DNA of 62,923 bases, counting the filler, from Choristocarpus tenellus KU-1152 (taxonomy: Eukaryota; Protista; Phaeophyceae), in NCBI GenBank assembly GCA_964200185.2. It is 11 parts of 11 records of this genome, joined end to end, with 100 filler letters (N's around TTAATTAATTAA, not from the genome) between each part and the next. Parts side by side here need not be neighbours in the genome. Positions count along the whole stretch, not along the records: positions 27,559 to 39,020 come from CAXNAD020002301.1; positions 39,121 to 41,858 come from CAXNAD020025176.1; positions 41,959 to 46,368 come from CAXNAD020014689.1; positions 46,469 to 51,090 come from CAXNAD020013753.1; 7 more parts are not named here. One strand, written 5' to 3'. The first letter of the stretch is position 1. Each line of letters opens with the position of its first letter. Position numbers and translations under genes: made by a program. Under the pieces are notes generated by a model. The model saw only the letters and a program-made list of their open reading frames with translations, was not told where the DNA came from and searched no databases. Below, piece after piece: positions 37,334 to 50,617 of the stretch.

Positions 37334-39020
37334 CTGAAGGGAAACAAAGAAGGCAGACTTGAAGGTCAGATCCACCATCGCCTCCTTCGACCACCAACAG
37401 ACTATTTATTTATTTTTTAATAGGAGGGAACAGTAAGTAGTAAGAACCACCACCCAAAAAAACAAACAAACAAACGCCTACGTATTCTTTTCCTGCATGT
37501 CCGTGAAACGTAGATTCAAAATTTTCAAAAATAAAAAAAGACCCTAAAACAAAAAGTGCTTCATCTACCCCGTGGCTTCTGAAAAAAAGAAAAAAAAGGG
37601 TGAGGGATTTGAACCGTCTTGTCAATGAGCACTACGCAGTACATCCTTAGGTCATGTTTGTTTCATATTTGTTGGAGGCTGTTGCAGCACCATCCAATAC
37701 CATCAGAACAAAAAAAAAAAAGAAACAAAAGCGAACAAAACAACAAAAACAACAACAAAAATAATATAAAATAAATACACACACACAAATACGTACGTAC
37801 CTACATACATCCCGGTTTCAAGACGTTTTATGCCTTCACCGGTCCTAACCCTATATTCAAAATTGTTGTTTCAGATAGTGAACCACTTCTTCACGGCCCT
37901 ACTTGAAGCACAGTATCAGATCAGCGCACCAAAAGTGAAAAAATACACAGATTAACAAGAAGGAGAACTAACCAGCTATTCTAATCCACAATCATATATA
38001 GTGCTGAAAGTACAGAGCTGCTGTCTAGGGGCAGAGATCGAGCTTGATGTTCTCATCTCAGGGTGGGGACATGTACATGCTACTTTTATTGAAGAGGAAT
38101 GAACGACCGACTGTTTTTCAAGGGAAGCACAGACGTAGGTTGGCACACATGCACATTAAGGTGTACCTTGAGGAGTCACAAAAAGTGGTGACCGATAAAT
38201 GAATAATAAATACCATCAACCATCTGTTTAATCTTGTGGAGGCGTGTGAAGGTCACAGTAGTAAAAAAAAAAGAGTGATATGTGTTTGGAGAGCAGTATC
38301 CTGTTATCTAGGCCACTTTGTTCCTTTCACACCAGTCATGACTGAAAAACCATCCAGCGCATCCCCCAAATGATCTGAGATCAGAGTGAGAACTCGCAAA
38401 AGCTATCACTCTTTAGAGCAGAGCAGATCAGAGTAGAGCAGGGCAATTTCTTGTAAGCTCTACATCAACTTCAATGTAATCGCACTCCAATACAAGATCA
38501 TCTCAAAGCAGATGATACAATATTGCAAAGGGGTGGTTCACTCCCATCTTCAAACAAAAGAGAGACTGTTAACTCTTAAAAAAACACCCTTGAGAGCACA
38601 CACCCACATGCTAAAAAAAAAGGGTGTATTTCTGACCCACTCTTTACACAACAATATAACAAAAAAAGTACATACATAGATACATACATAAACATACATA
38701 CACATATACATAAATCAGACTTGAATCAGTTTTGGTGCAAGTGACTCTCAACACAACCCCAAAAAACAGTGGGAAGGCCTGTTCCTCTTGGTGTGTGTTG
38801 CCAGATTTTTCTTCATCACTGCAACAGGCCCCCTTCTACCATGGAGCCAAGATAAGTCTTCGTGTTTACCTTTTGAGATACATCAGAACTAGTACATGGC
38901 ACATACATACCTTTCAGAATCTCCGTACTGGGTCACATACATACATTCCCCCGAGCACTCTTTATGTCCCCCTGAGGCAAAAAAAAAATGAATAGAAAGA
39001 GGTCATTACAACAGAGTAAA

Positions 39021-39120
39021 NNNNNNNNNNNNNNNNNNNNNNNNNNNNNNNNNNNNNNNNNNNNTTAATTAATTAANNNNNNNNNNNNNNNNNNNNNNNN
39101 NNNNNNNNNNNNNNNNNNNN
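39021..39120. other. Artificial contig spacer
   Basis: N44-TTAATTAATTAA-N44. Confidence 0.98.
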
Positions 39121-39137
39121 GTCAGACTTATTTAACA

Positions 39138-39184
39138 GAAACGGACGCCCCCCCACACCCCCCCCCCCCCCCATACTTTGACCC
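39138..39184 (+). mobile_element. MITE family A terminal fragment
   Basis: GAAACGGACGCCCCC...Cn-ATACTTTGACCC. Confidence 0.8.
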
Positions 39185-39301
39185 AATGGTGAAAGGAAGG
39201 AAGGGAAAGGGGAAGAAAAAGTTAATCGAAGTGAGAATTGAATTAAAACAATACGAAAGAACATACATATTCTTTTCAAGAAGATAGCAGACATGTCTAA
39301 A

Positions 39302-39541
39302 GAGTCCAACCAACTAAGAGTTAGGCAGGGTCGCATTTGAAGGATTGCGAAAAAAGTAAACAAAATGTCGTTTTGTACAATTGCAGAAAGAGCTTTGTTT
39401 CATTGTGGTGTCACTTTTTACATGGAAAGAGGGAATGCATACACATTAAAGCAGTGAAATAGAGTATATTGCACAGGGCAAGAAAGGAGGCTTAGAGTAC
39501 AGAAAGGTCCAAACCTGCCCACTTCTGAATTGGTTTGGCTC
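39302..39541 (+). mobile_element. MITE family E, older copy
   Basis: GAGTCCAACCAACTAAGAGTTAGGCAGG / CCTGCCCACTTCTGAATTGGTTTGGCTC; no clear TSD. Confidence 0.7.
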
Positions 39542-39654
39542 TGTTTACCCCAGACTTGGAAAGTATTCAACTTTACCTTCATTTCACTGTTCCGCCAAGT
39601 AAACAGAAACCGAGTATTCATGCCCAATCTCCACCTTCAATACTGCTGGAAGAA

Positions 39655-39880
39655 AAACTGAAAGTTCATGGCGCCATGGAAATCTAGGAATTTCTTGGAT
39701 GAGTTGGGCACCTACACAATAGGGGGGAGATGGGTGGGAGGATTCTGTAGGAAAGGGACTGTCGAGTCCCGTTTGAGACAGATAGTATCCGTCAATGCAG
39801 AAGTGGATCTCTCGAGACACGACATGTATGTGTTTCGAGCTAGAGACATTGGTAGATGGGCAAGAAACGGCCTATAAACA
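39655..39880 (+). mobile_element. CRE-like LINE C-terminal fragment
   Basis: FLDELGTYTIGGRWVGGFCRKGTVESRLRQIVSV. Confidence 0.6.
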
Positions 39881-41816
39881 CTAAGAAATGTAGAGGAAAA
39901 CCAAACCTGATCATAAATACCCCTAAAAAAAGCAGTTACCTTCAATAGAAATGCAAAGTTCGTTCATATATATCAGATTACTCCGAGATCTGTTGAGACC
40001 TATCATTAATATATGATAATATGTGAGAAATAATACCCTATAAAGAGTAGGGTGGATTATTTGGATTGATTTTTTTGAGTGATTGTTTAGATCGATTAAA
40101 TGACCAACCATATAGAGATTGTTAGTTGTTGCTATTTTCTACTGTATTATTATGTCATAGGAAAAGTCAATTCAATATTATAAGATATTAGCATGTAGTT
40201 GTTGCCACCCTTCTACTATAAATTGAAGTGTACAATGATGCGAAGATTTTAGATATTTTCGTGATGCGAGGAGAATGAAATCAAGGAGGTACCTTTATTG
40301 TTATTTTGGACAAAGAACTGTTATTTGTTCGCTCCACAATCCACAAATATCTTAGCCTGCCAAGAACCTCCATATCTTTCAAAATTATTTACAAGGAAAT
40401 GGACTTATCCTACACCAACCATCTCTTTGTTCGTTGGTTTTGCATTTCGAAAGGACAAAACACTTCTTCTGCTCTACACAACCAAGGATTGCCACACAGC
40501 AAACCCTACTAAATACCTTTTTCTTGAGGTAATCACCAACTTCAGCAATCAAGGAAAGTGTTTAAGCATTTCAACCTACCAAGGACTGTTGGTCGCTACA
40601 TGTGGTTCATGTGTGAGTACATTTGTTATGTACAAGGAACTATTTTGGTGCGACAAACGTTTGTACAGTGGTAGTCCGAGATCAGTACAGTAGCCGTAGT
40701 CTCGTCATTTTCTTCTCTTTCAAGGGAAGGGAGACAAGCCTTAGACCGGAAAGGATTCGATGGACAAGGTATATTGGGAATCCGTGGCATTTCTCGCTGT
40801 TCAGTGATAGCAATGACTACTGCTGTTCGGAGGGCCCATTACAACATGCTGGAGGCTCTAACCTACTTATGACCGTTCTGTTTTCGGCGTCCATCGCCTG
40901 AGCGTGGGTAGACACGTCGAGGTGTCCTGCTTCTTAGCCTACCTCTACGTGGCGTCATTCATATTTTCAAAAAAGCTCTGTACTGCAACCAACACATGAA
41001 AGTTGACCTTTTGTGCGGCTGAAATTTCTTAACCTTGGAAATTAGTGTCACCCTTGTGTTTGTGCGCACTTGTGGCGAGGTCGGGGATGGCGCACTTGTG
41101 CGTGCTGGTCAGCGACTGGAGTAGACAATCCGTCTGCGTTGTGCTTGCACCTCGTGAGTGTGTCGTGGAAGTCCTATTGAATATGGAATGTGTGTACAAA
41201 TAGAGGCATTGGGAATATAAACTAAGAAAAAACATGATTCTCACATGATACTTGGTAGGAACCCGTTTTCACCCAATTCTATTTTTCCTACGATGTTGTT
41301 TAACTCGCCACTGCTTGCCGAAACAGTTCAACGACTAGTGGCGTAGCTTATTTGATGTTGTGCAGTGATTTGGAGCCAAACGTTCAGGCAAGGATGCGAG
41401 TCCGTGCCCGGTTGGTGGGCTTGTTCTTTGTAGCAGGTTTTTCTTTGGTCCTGCTATGTGCGACAAGAATCGCAGCTGAGGGGATAGATATTGGCGGGAG
41501 CCTGGAGAACACTGTTTGCAAAGAGGTCTGACTGTCTTGATGATGTGAAGTACTGCCCTTGGTACACCTGTTTTTTCTTTGACTGGGTGTGATGGAAGTG
41601 CGTGTCATTTGGAGAGGTCTTGTAAACCCAATTATTGGAATGTGCAGGAAGACGTAGAGACACAATCCCTAGTAACAATCTGGACTGTCACTGCCTCGCC
41701 TTAGCTCCATACATCATTATTTTTGATGATAAGGTGGAATTAATGCGTGTCCTTGAGAAAATTGATCTTCACACGTGCATGCAAATCCAAATTTGTCTTG
41801 GGTATCCTAACCCTAA

Positions 41817-41858
41817 GGGTCAAAGTATATGGGGGGGGTGCCGGCGTCCGTTTTTCAC
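41817..41858 (+). mobile_element. MITE family A terminal fragment
   Basis: GGGTCAAAGTATATGGGGGGGGTGCCGGCGTCCGTTTTTCAC. Confidence 0.85.
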
Positions 41859-41958
41859 NNNNNNNNNNNNNNNNNNNNNNNNNNNNNNNNNNNNNNNNNN
41901 NNTTAATTAATTAANNNNNNNNNNNNNNNNNNNNNNNNNNNNNNNNNNNNNNNNNNNN
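41859..41958. other. Artificial contig spacer
   Basis: N44-TTAATTAATTAA-N44. Confidence 0.98.
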
Positions 41959-42299
41959 CAACTATCAGCCGCTGGGATCACCGAATGGAGAAAGGGCCAA
42001 CTATATTGGTGAGGGGGCAGGTGGAGGTTTCAATCCCAAGGGGGGGGTGGGAGTGCACCAGCATCACCATCATTCGCGCCAAAGGCCCAGTCTCTCAGCA
42101 TCCGGGGTGGGTAATGTTTGCTTAATGTTAGCAGGAGTCAATTTGGTGTATTGCAGTCAGTCAGTCAGTCAATACAAGAGCCTCGCCACTCTTCTGCTGA
42201 GTTTTATTAACTATTTTTGTGGCTTTTGTGGCCACCTTCTGTCGAGAGTAAGAGGCCTCGGCTTGCTGGGCAGAATAATGGCAGTATTTCCCGAGCTGT

Positions 42300-44800
42300 G
42301 AAATTTTGATGAGGATCGTTGCTGTCAAATGGTGACCTAGACTTCCCCCCCAGAATGTTTTGTGTCATCCTGAGTGTTTTGAACATTCCAAACTGGGGAA
42401 ACGCGCCTATCAATATACGTTGTATGTTGTCGGTTGTGCTGGTCACGGGCATGTAGGTTCTGATTCGTGTGTTCATTGGGTTGTGCTTTCGTTGTGTAAG
42501 GATTTTTCATTGGCTGGTTTTTACTTGGGGCACTATTGGGGGAGAGGGGGACCAATCAGTGTAATTTATTGTGACTGATGAATAGGATTGAGAACTACAG
42601 GAGCGCATTGCATCACTTGAACAATAGTTATGATGCTCAGGTGTTGGCTGGTATTGTTTGTGTATTGTTTGTGTATTGTTTGTGTATTGTTTGTGTATTG
42701 TTTGTGTGATGCTCTCATGATCCTTCGTTCCAGTTTGTGTATTGCTCTCCACATGCTCTTGTTGAGTGTCACGTGTGTGTGTCTTGTGTATGTCATGACA
42801 CAATGGTGCTCGTTGTATCAAGCAGGAAGGCCCCATTGTGATAAGACTCTTGATTGCAAGAATGGTTGATTGGTTGTTTCTGTCAATTATCTTTTCCCGT
42901 TCAAGCTGATGCCTGTTTAAGGTATGATTTGGTCGTCTACTCTGGTTTTTGGGGCTGAGGAGTCGAGGAATTTTCGCACTATCAACACCAGTAAGGTCGA
43001 TACCAGCAGAGGCTATGCCACACTGTATAGCATGCTTGACTATGTGCTTTGAAGAACTTGTGAGTGAGGCATGGTCCTGTATTTGACCGTTGATAGCCTC
43101 GAAAGCTTCTCCTTAGGGTATGATCGCATCGTGCGGTTGGGGTTGCCTTCACTGTATTTTGACTCTCATCCCACATTCATTACCCTTGCTCACTTACTAT
43201 CCTGGTGATGACTACCCAGGCTGCTGATCCTGCCTGTCTCATAACTCAGACGAGTCATGTTTGATGTGCTGTGATTCAAGCTTTGGCTCTGCCCTTCACC
43301 CCACCCACGGTCTCCCTACCTATTTGTGTATTCAAATATACTTTTGGTTGGACACCTCTTGGAGACCTCTTTGACTCTGAAGATGTTGAAGAAGTTCAAT
43401 TTGCAGCTTTGTCCCTTTCACCTCTCCCCTTGTTCATTGGCACAACAACCTCATTAATGTTACTCACCCCTGACTGCATTTAACTTCTTTGTATTTTACT
43501 TCTTTGCATTTAACTTCTCGTGTTCCAACAGTCTGGTGGGAGAGTGTGGCACGCTCAACACACCAGTGTCCCAGACTCCCACTCCCGTTCCCCCGTATAT
43601 AGAGGCGATGACTCTGAAGCTGCTCATGAGGCTGGACCTGGTTCCCGTGTCCAGTGGGGAGGTGGACAACAAGGGGGTGGGGGAGGAGTTTCCAGTGTCG
43701 TTCGAGAAGGAGCCCATGAAACTGCTCCAAGTTACCAAGCAGGACGGGATGGGAGGGGTGGAGGGGGGAGTGGGGGCGGGGATACCAGGGGGCCGCAGGG
43801 GAGGTCCAGGAGAGTTGGGGCAGTTGGGGTGGGGGGGGAAGGGGGCAGATTGGTTGGTTCAACAGCAGTTCTTTCATCTGTGTTTGTGGTAAGCCCAGAG
43901 GAGGCGGAATCTGAGAGCCTTATATTGCGTAGGACTTCCCGGAAAGGTAGTCATTCGTCAGGGAGATGTGGAAGCAGGGGGGAGGAGGGGTTTGAAGGAG
44001 AGCAGCCGCAAGAGGGTGGGGAGAGGGGTAAGGTTGGGGAGGCCCTGGGGGGGTCTGCAGGCATGTTGGAAGGCATTTCTCCTGCCATGGCGATTCTGCG
44101 GGAGTCGTGTTCAGCGTAGGGAGATTGTGTTTAGTTTCCTGTATATTTTTTTTTGTTCTGCCTTTGGCTGGATCCGTTGCCCTCTGAATGAGCGTGTTTT
44201 GTATGCTGAGTGTATTGTTGTTGAGGGGGGTATCCTGAAGTATGTGGCAGTTGGGGGTTATGTCATTATGCAATTGGGTTGTATGTGTGAATTCATTTTA
44301 TATGTAGAAACCTTGAAGCTGGTGGGAGGTAAGAAATGTTGGTGGTATGCTACAGTTGTATTGGGGAATGTGTGTATGGGGGGAGGGCAACAGAAGGTGC
44401 GTTCTTGGTGCTGAATCTCTATCGGCCCATATGCACAGAGCACCATTTGCCTTCGATTTTGTGTATTTGTGGTGTTAGATGGTAGGATTTGCTATCTGTG
44501 AGATGAGGTCAACCGTGGGATGAAATAAGGAATCCATTTCAGTTGAACCTTGTGCTCTTCATACCATTCAGAACAGACTCAGTAGTCATTAGCGTTTTAT
44601 TCAAGAACTGCTGTGAATCCGTGCACAACTATATTGTGGATTTGAGGATACATCTTGAATGATACAAGCCAGTGTGTGTGGTGGTCTTACTTGGATTCCT
44701 CCTGAAGAAGGAAAGTTGGCAGGGTTCAGGAGTGTGAATAGGGTTTCAGTGTAGTTGGCAGAATGCTATGACCATGAATGAAACCACAATGTTAGTTTGT
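42300..44800 (-). pseudogene. Probable degenerate non-LTR retrotransposon(s)
   Basis: Strong strand skew, broken minus-strand ORFs, Pro-rich stretch, CDHTLR Zn-finger-like remnant; no splice structure evident. Confidence 0.35.
42651..42707 (+). repeat. 11-bp minisatellite (GTATTGTTTGT)x5
   Basis: Read directly. Confidence 0.95.
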
Positions 44801-45879
44801 TGTGCCTTATATATTCAAGTGCTTCCTATACTTTGCGTATGTTCTGTGGTTCCTTATCCTTACACAGAGTGTGCAAATTAGCATGGACGCTTACGATGCC
44901 TCACAAGGCACCCTAGAAAGCTTCCATATGGAGAGGCACAGATCGCATGGTCGACATAATGAGAACGGTTTTTAGAGTGGCACCGGAAATATTTTTGTGG
45001 TCGATTTGCACGGTTTCAACACAGACAAGAATATGTCTGGTACTTTTCACGATATGCTAATAATCCTGAACAAGGATACAACAGGCTTTGTGTTGCCTGC
45101 TTGATGGTTAATGTGTCGTCCATCTCAGCACTACTGACCTCTCTGATCCCCATTTTGAATGTAGTGTTCTCCCATCTCGATGAATTGACTCCTCTCGCTC
45201 CGCACTGGTAAGCATGGAGTACAATACAGCATTTTTTGTACGACTGATTTATTTTTAGGGTTGTGAGTCGAAGCCACAATGAGCACAAGTCAAACACTCA
45301 TCTATAATTTTCACGTATTAGTTGAATTGTGTGCTTTGCACCTGAGTTGAGGCGCGTGAAGCGCCGAGATCCGCGAACAGATTGCTCATACGTGGGAGAT
45401 TTTTTTAGTATTTCCCAGGACTAATCATCGGATTTTGACTTTGTTGATCCGTATAATAAATAAATGATACTGTGGTCTAGGTGGGATGGCAATTTGAATG
45501 CATGAGGAATTCGAAGTTTGTTCGTGTGTGTGTTAACTTGTGCATTGTGCGTGTGAGTCGACTGGTGTACAAATTTGCGAGCATGGCTCTAACGATTTGG
45601 AGATTGTAAATGAGAAGGAAGACTACTGGATAATATTCCTACATTGCATGCAACAGGTTGTCAGCATGACTCAAAAATGATATTTGAAGCATGACTATAT
45701 ATATATGGTTTTGTAACTATCAATAACAGGCATCCTCGTAGTTGTAGTACTAAAATAGTACGGAGTAGTGTTGAGAAGCTTGGCGCTGTAAAGAAAGGCC
45801 CGTCACTGAAAGCTAGTAGTTGAGTTGTACGGTAAAAAAACACTGAATTATTAATTTTTCACTGGGTGCCCAGTATCAT

Positions 45880-46368
45880 CACTACAATTTATTATTATGC
45901 CCTCTGACATTTTGTAGATGTGTCAGTCAGGGAGGAAAAAATGAAGACTAAACATATGTCAGTATAAGCCTTAAGGAAATAAAATATCATAAATGTGAAT
46001 ATACTACAAAACACAAAACACGTGAAAAACACTTAATCTATTTGTTACTTCACCACTATCAATATTGTATTGCTGCCTTCCTGTGCTTTCAATCTACCTA
46101 CTCCTGCGCCCCGGGGGAAGGAGCTAGGAGGGAGGCATCCCAAGAATTCAATAAACCTCTCCGTGCCCATCTCCGTGGTGACTAGCTTAAAATGCATGAC
46201 ACGTCTAGATAGTGACACTTGTTGTGTAGCCACCGAGACAATTTGGCGTAGCCGGGATTTGACTACCCCTTTTTTACTGAATCCTCCAGTTCCTCTCCCC
46301 CCCACCATGTGAGTATCCAGCTCATCCAGGAAGCATTCCGCTTGCTTGCCGAGGCGCCCAAAAATTTC
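45880..46368 (-). mobile_element. CRE-like LINE 3' end (C-terminal coding remnant plus 3' UTR hairpin)
   Basis: FLDELDTHMVGGRGTGGFSKKGVVKSRLRQIVSV..SRRVMHFKL; hairpin at 45904-45926. Confidence 0.65.
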
Positions 46369-46468
46369 NNNNNNNNNNNNNNNNNNNNNNNNNNNNNNNN
46401 NNNNNNNNNNNNTTAATTAATTAANNNNNNNNNNNNNNNNNNNNNNNNNNNNNNNNNNNNNNNNNNNN
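46369..46468. other. Artificial contig spacer
   Basis: N44-TTAATTAATTAA-N44. Confidence 0.98.
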
Positions 46469-46509
46469 CCCCCCCCCCCCCCCCCCCCCCCCCCCAGATA
46501 CTTTGAGCC
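46469..46509 (+). mobile_element. MITE family B right terminus at contig start
   Basis: Cn-AGATACTTTGAGCC. Confidence 0.75.
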
Positions 46510-46548
46510 CTTTCACTCCTAAGGTGAAGTAAGAAAAGCTCACGTGCA

Positions 46549-46709
46549 GACCCAAAGTATCTGGGGGGGGGAGTCTACACCAGAGTGTCCATTTGAACCA
46601 AAACCAGGAAAAGTGCACTTCCATTATCCATCAAACGTATGGAACCAAATCACCCAAAAATCGTGACAACAAAAAATTGGCCCCAAATGGACAGCCGCCA
46701 CCCCCCCCC
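46549..46709 (+). mobile_element. MITE family B, lacking the outer part of the right TIR
   Basis: GACCCAAAGTATCTGGGG-AGTCTACACCAGAGTG...CCCCAAATGGACAGCCGCCACCCC. Confidence 0.85.
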
Positions 46710-47141
46710 TCTCCTTCCACCTAATGAGCTCCGTCTTGCTGTGCAACAATGTGTGTGGCTATTCCGTTCCATCTGGTGCGGTGGTTATGTTAGACGGCAC
46801 ATTAGGCAATAATAGTGCATGGATACTTGCATGCATACTATAAGTCGACTCTGTGCAAGGTATGGCATCACTTAGAACCAATTTTGTAATGGCATCACAT
46901 GCACATACAACATCAAATCTACATAGAGAATAGAGACACACAAAATGCCTTGAAATTTCGACTCCTTGTTCAACGCGCAAAAGAGTATACAACAGTACCT
47001 GTTTCAACGATGAAGTTTTAGATGACTCTGCAAGTGGGCTCCAAATACAAGCACATGTCCTACCCAGCCTACTGCAGGTTGGGAACTCATGTCGAGTGAG
47101 TAAAACTATGTCCCTATAGGCCCTAGCGAAAGCTATCACTC

Positions 47142-47494
47142 ACTGTCAGAAGGATATCTGGTACAAATGCCCTCAGATGGTCCGAAGTAATGACTGTCGA
47201 AGTCCTTCGGAGGGATAGCAAGGAGGTTACGGCCAAAGCAGCGTTTCCTGATGATTTGAAGGTTATTTGCGGATCATGTTCTTGCTCCATATGTTCCAAG
47301 TGACCAATTGGTGCTGATATCTTGATATTATATGGTTCTGCGATCCCTGTCTGCGAACTGATTGGTGGTAGCTTACAGCTGTTTCTCTTCGCGTCCGTCA
47401 ATCTCGATGTTGTTTCCCCTTTGCCTTCGTCCAGGTCCTCTGCATTGGCACAACCCTTACCCCTTGGCGAGATGGGGAGAGTGTAGGAAACCAT
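47142..47494 (-). CDS. Possible exon of an unidentified gene divergent from the coiled-coil gene
   Basis: Open frame of about 118 codons ending at a GTGAGT donor; no recognisable motif. Confidence 0.3.
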
Positions 47495-48153
47495 AGCCAG
47501 GAGACCAACTGTGTTTCTTTAGTGCTTTAATGCTCCCTCTATTGTTCGGGAATGCAGGGTCTCAGTTGTATTGAGGTTGGTCTTTGGTACTGCTTACCCC
47601 ACCGACCAAGCCGTGCTAGGAGACCGTCTGCCACCTCAAGCCTCTCGATTGCCTTTCCGCACCTGGCAACCTTGATTGTCAGAGCACAGATGTTGTGACT
47701 CCTTCGCCCTTACAAGTTCTCATTGTTTTATTCTTTTAATATTGGCATCTATGCAGTCAATCTTGGATATGGTATCTCCTTGTGGTCGCATAAAGTTTGG
47801 TCGTGCGCAGGATCAAGCGCTTGTTTGGGGGAAATTGGGTGCTAGCGTACAACGTTTCTGACCGTGTCTGTCTAGTGATGGTGGCTTTTTACAGCTACGA
47901 CGGGTGAGTGGAGCAGTTCAATTCGCCAGAGGTACCATAGACATTCCCCGCTCATGTTACAAACCTGCCTGGAAAGCTCGCAACATCGTGGAAGACAGCC
48001 CAATGTGGGAGTCACTTCCATAGTCTTCTTGTTGATCCTTGACTGAGACAGAATGAAACGTTCCATTCTTGAAATGTGTCGATTCGTGCTGAAACACTCC
48101 TCATTGGCTCTTCAGGATTGATTCTTGTAGCAAGGCATACACCTCGACAAACC

Positions 48154-50617
48154 ATGGATGACTTGGAGACATGCGAGCCCGTGGATTCAGAGCGAATACA
48201 ACTGGAAGACGAGCTTCTAGATACAGAGAGCATGCTCGCAGGGGAGCTCAAACAAATCCAGAATCTCGTCCTCAACAAAGGCAAGAAGGCAAGCACGCAA
48301 GATGTGATACACAATATATAAACGTCCATATGGTTTATTGCGCAAAAGCGGGCAGGCGAAAGATATAAATTCACGGATCAGATAACAGCCTTACAACGTC
48401 ATGCTTGCGATGGTATTGATCACCTAGGGCCAGGACAGTTCAAAGTTGGACGATTCCGGACTGTCGTTTCACTTCATCCCTTGTGACGCTGTGCCTTGGA
48501 ATCGACGTGAACTACTGACAGAAAATACTCTCCTTTCTCCTCAGTCCGTATTTCTTCGAAGGGTTGCATAATGTGAAATGCCACGTTCAAACAGCAAGAA
48601 AAACCCAATCGAGCCTTCTTTCCTATAACAACCCCAACCACATCCATGCCATTATGATCAGCTGGAGGTGTTGAGCAACATGACTGAGAAAATGGAAGCA
48701 CTCAAAGAACGAAACAAGCATGAGGTTGCCATGTTAATGGATGAGCAGAGGTCAGTCTATTATTGACTTGAACAACTTCAGCTTATTCAACTCTCTCAAG
48801 ATCATCCTCTGTCAAAGTCAATGATGAAGTGATAACCCCTAATGATAGGGGTAGTAGGACAGGACATGCAGTGTGTAGATGCTATCACCTCCCCATCACC
48901 TCCTACTGTGTTGTGATGTTTTGCGCTGGCTTCCGTCTAATCTTCTCTACGTACTCCTGGAATCCCTTGCCTTCGCTCCCCTAATTGTAAAGCACAATAT
49001 TGAATCTCTTGGAACACCAAGGAGTTGTCCTGAAGGAGCAGCTACGGCAACTTGAAAACAGGCATCAACGTTACAAGTGTGTTGCCGATACAAATAGGGC
49101 TATGATTGAGGAAACTAAGGAAGCGTTATCGAGTATGGAGAGTAGGAGCAAGGTACGGTATCAGGAAAATTAAGGCTTCTGCTTGAAGATTTTTTTCGCT
49201 GCTTGGAGCTCTGCAAGAAAATTTGTACTTACTGATGAGTAGCATGCGGATAGGAAGTCTCCTTCTTTAAGCTCTCTCCTAATGCACTCTTGAAACCTCA
49301 CATGAAGCATGCATGTCGCTACTTTGTTCTACATGGAGGTGAAATTGCTGTATTTTCATTGGGGGGCTCAGACCTCCATTTCTAGAAATTCTGTCCTGCA
49401 ACAGGTACCGAGCTCTACTTCAAAGTAATTGCAGACAATAGGGATCAGTAGAATGATCACTGACATAGAGTAGCTTCCCTGATTACTATGGCACCAAGGG
49501 AAATTCAAATAGTACGTTGTAGTTTATTTCAAGTAGGTCTTGATGACTCGCTTGCCTCATCTCGCGGTCAAAGCGCCGTAGATTGTACAGGCAGTAATTT
49601 CTGGATCCAGAGAGTCAGTGATAAGTTGCCTCCGGGTTCTCTCTCCAGTAGTGAATGATAAACACCATGCAAACTGGAAAACTGTCATGTAAGGACAAAC
49701 CAGATCAAGTACTAGAAGATCAGTGCTGTCAAATAGCTCTTCCACTATCCATGTGGTATCATATCGCTACACATCCTGAACAATCAGTTCCTCAACAGGG
49801 TAGGTGCAGAGATGTGCCAGGTGGGATAAACACGAGATTCCCAAACCAAATGCGCACTCACAGAGAACGAAGTATACTGATGTATCCTTTCCAACCGTGT
49901 ACAATATTCAGAGCCACGAGGAAAATGTGCATGAGATGCAGAAGGATATGGTTAGCCTGCGACAGGATCTCATCAGTACCTTCCGGAAAGCTCTGAAGGA
50001 CCTAGAGGGATCTTACCGAAGTAAAGCCTTTGATGCCCTCGATGTCAACAGCAAGATCAGGATTCGTAGCAACATCAAGTTGAGAAAAGAGCTGACTGTG
50101 CAGGACCACGGTGGGTTCGGGTGGCAATTTGTCCTCCCCTCTGCTCTTTCCCCCACCTTTCAGTATTTCAGATTTAAAACCAACCACAGAACAACATTGT
50201 TGTTGGAAGTCCTTGAACGAATCTTAGCAGGGACCATTCAGTTGCTGAGTTGGTACTATCTTATTACCATTTCTCAGTGGGCAAGGACTGCACACGTAAA
50301 CTTCAACATTGATTGTGGAAACCAGGCAGAAGAGAGTGTTGTTACCTGTGGACAACCCAGTGCTGTTTCTTGCTTTAGAATAAAATGCCACCCTCTCAGC
50401 ATCCTATGCTGAAGTCGTCACTGACAACAGGCAGCAACATCTGACCCAAACAGGCATCGCAGCACTGACAAAAAGTCACACCATTCAGTTACGAGAAGGG
50501 AACATCTTATCAAAGGAGTTGGAAAGTCTTGAGACTGGGGGAGATGTGCAGAATAAAACGCTTGCGGAAATTCAGAGGATGACCCTTGTCAACAACAGCA
50601 AACTAGCCGACATGAAG
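48154..50617 (+). CDS. Coiled-coil protein resembling ciliary BBOF1/CFAP157; exons 48154-48288, 48662-48750, 48993-49152, 49912-50110, 50454-50617; 3' incomplete
   Basis: Phase-consistent exons, heptad-rich; HEENVHEMQKDM...KAFDALDVNSKIRIRSNIKLRKEL resembles this family (recalled similarity, not searched). Confidence 0.65.

Noticed and set aside
40270-41680. Protein-coding gene in this contig
   Set aside because: Some splice-like signals, but I could not build a consistent frame or recognise a product.
43520-44119. 199-aa Gly-rich plus-strand ORF as a gene
   Set aside because: Explained by G-rich strand skew; no splice signals or recognisable domain.
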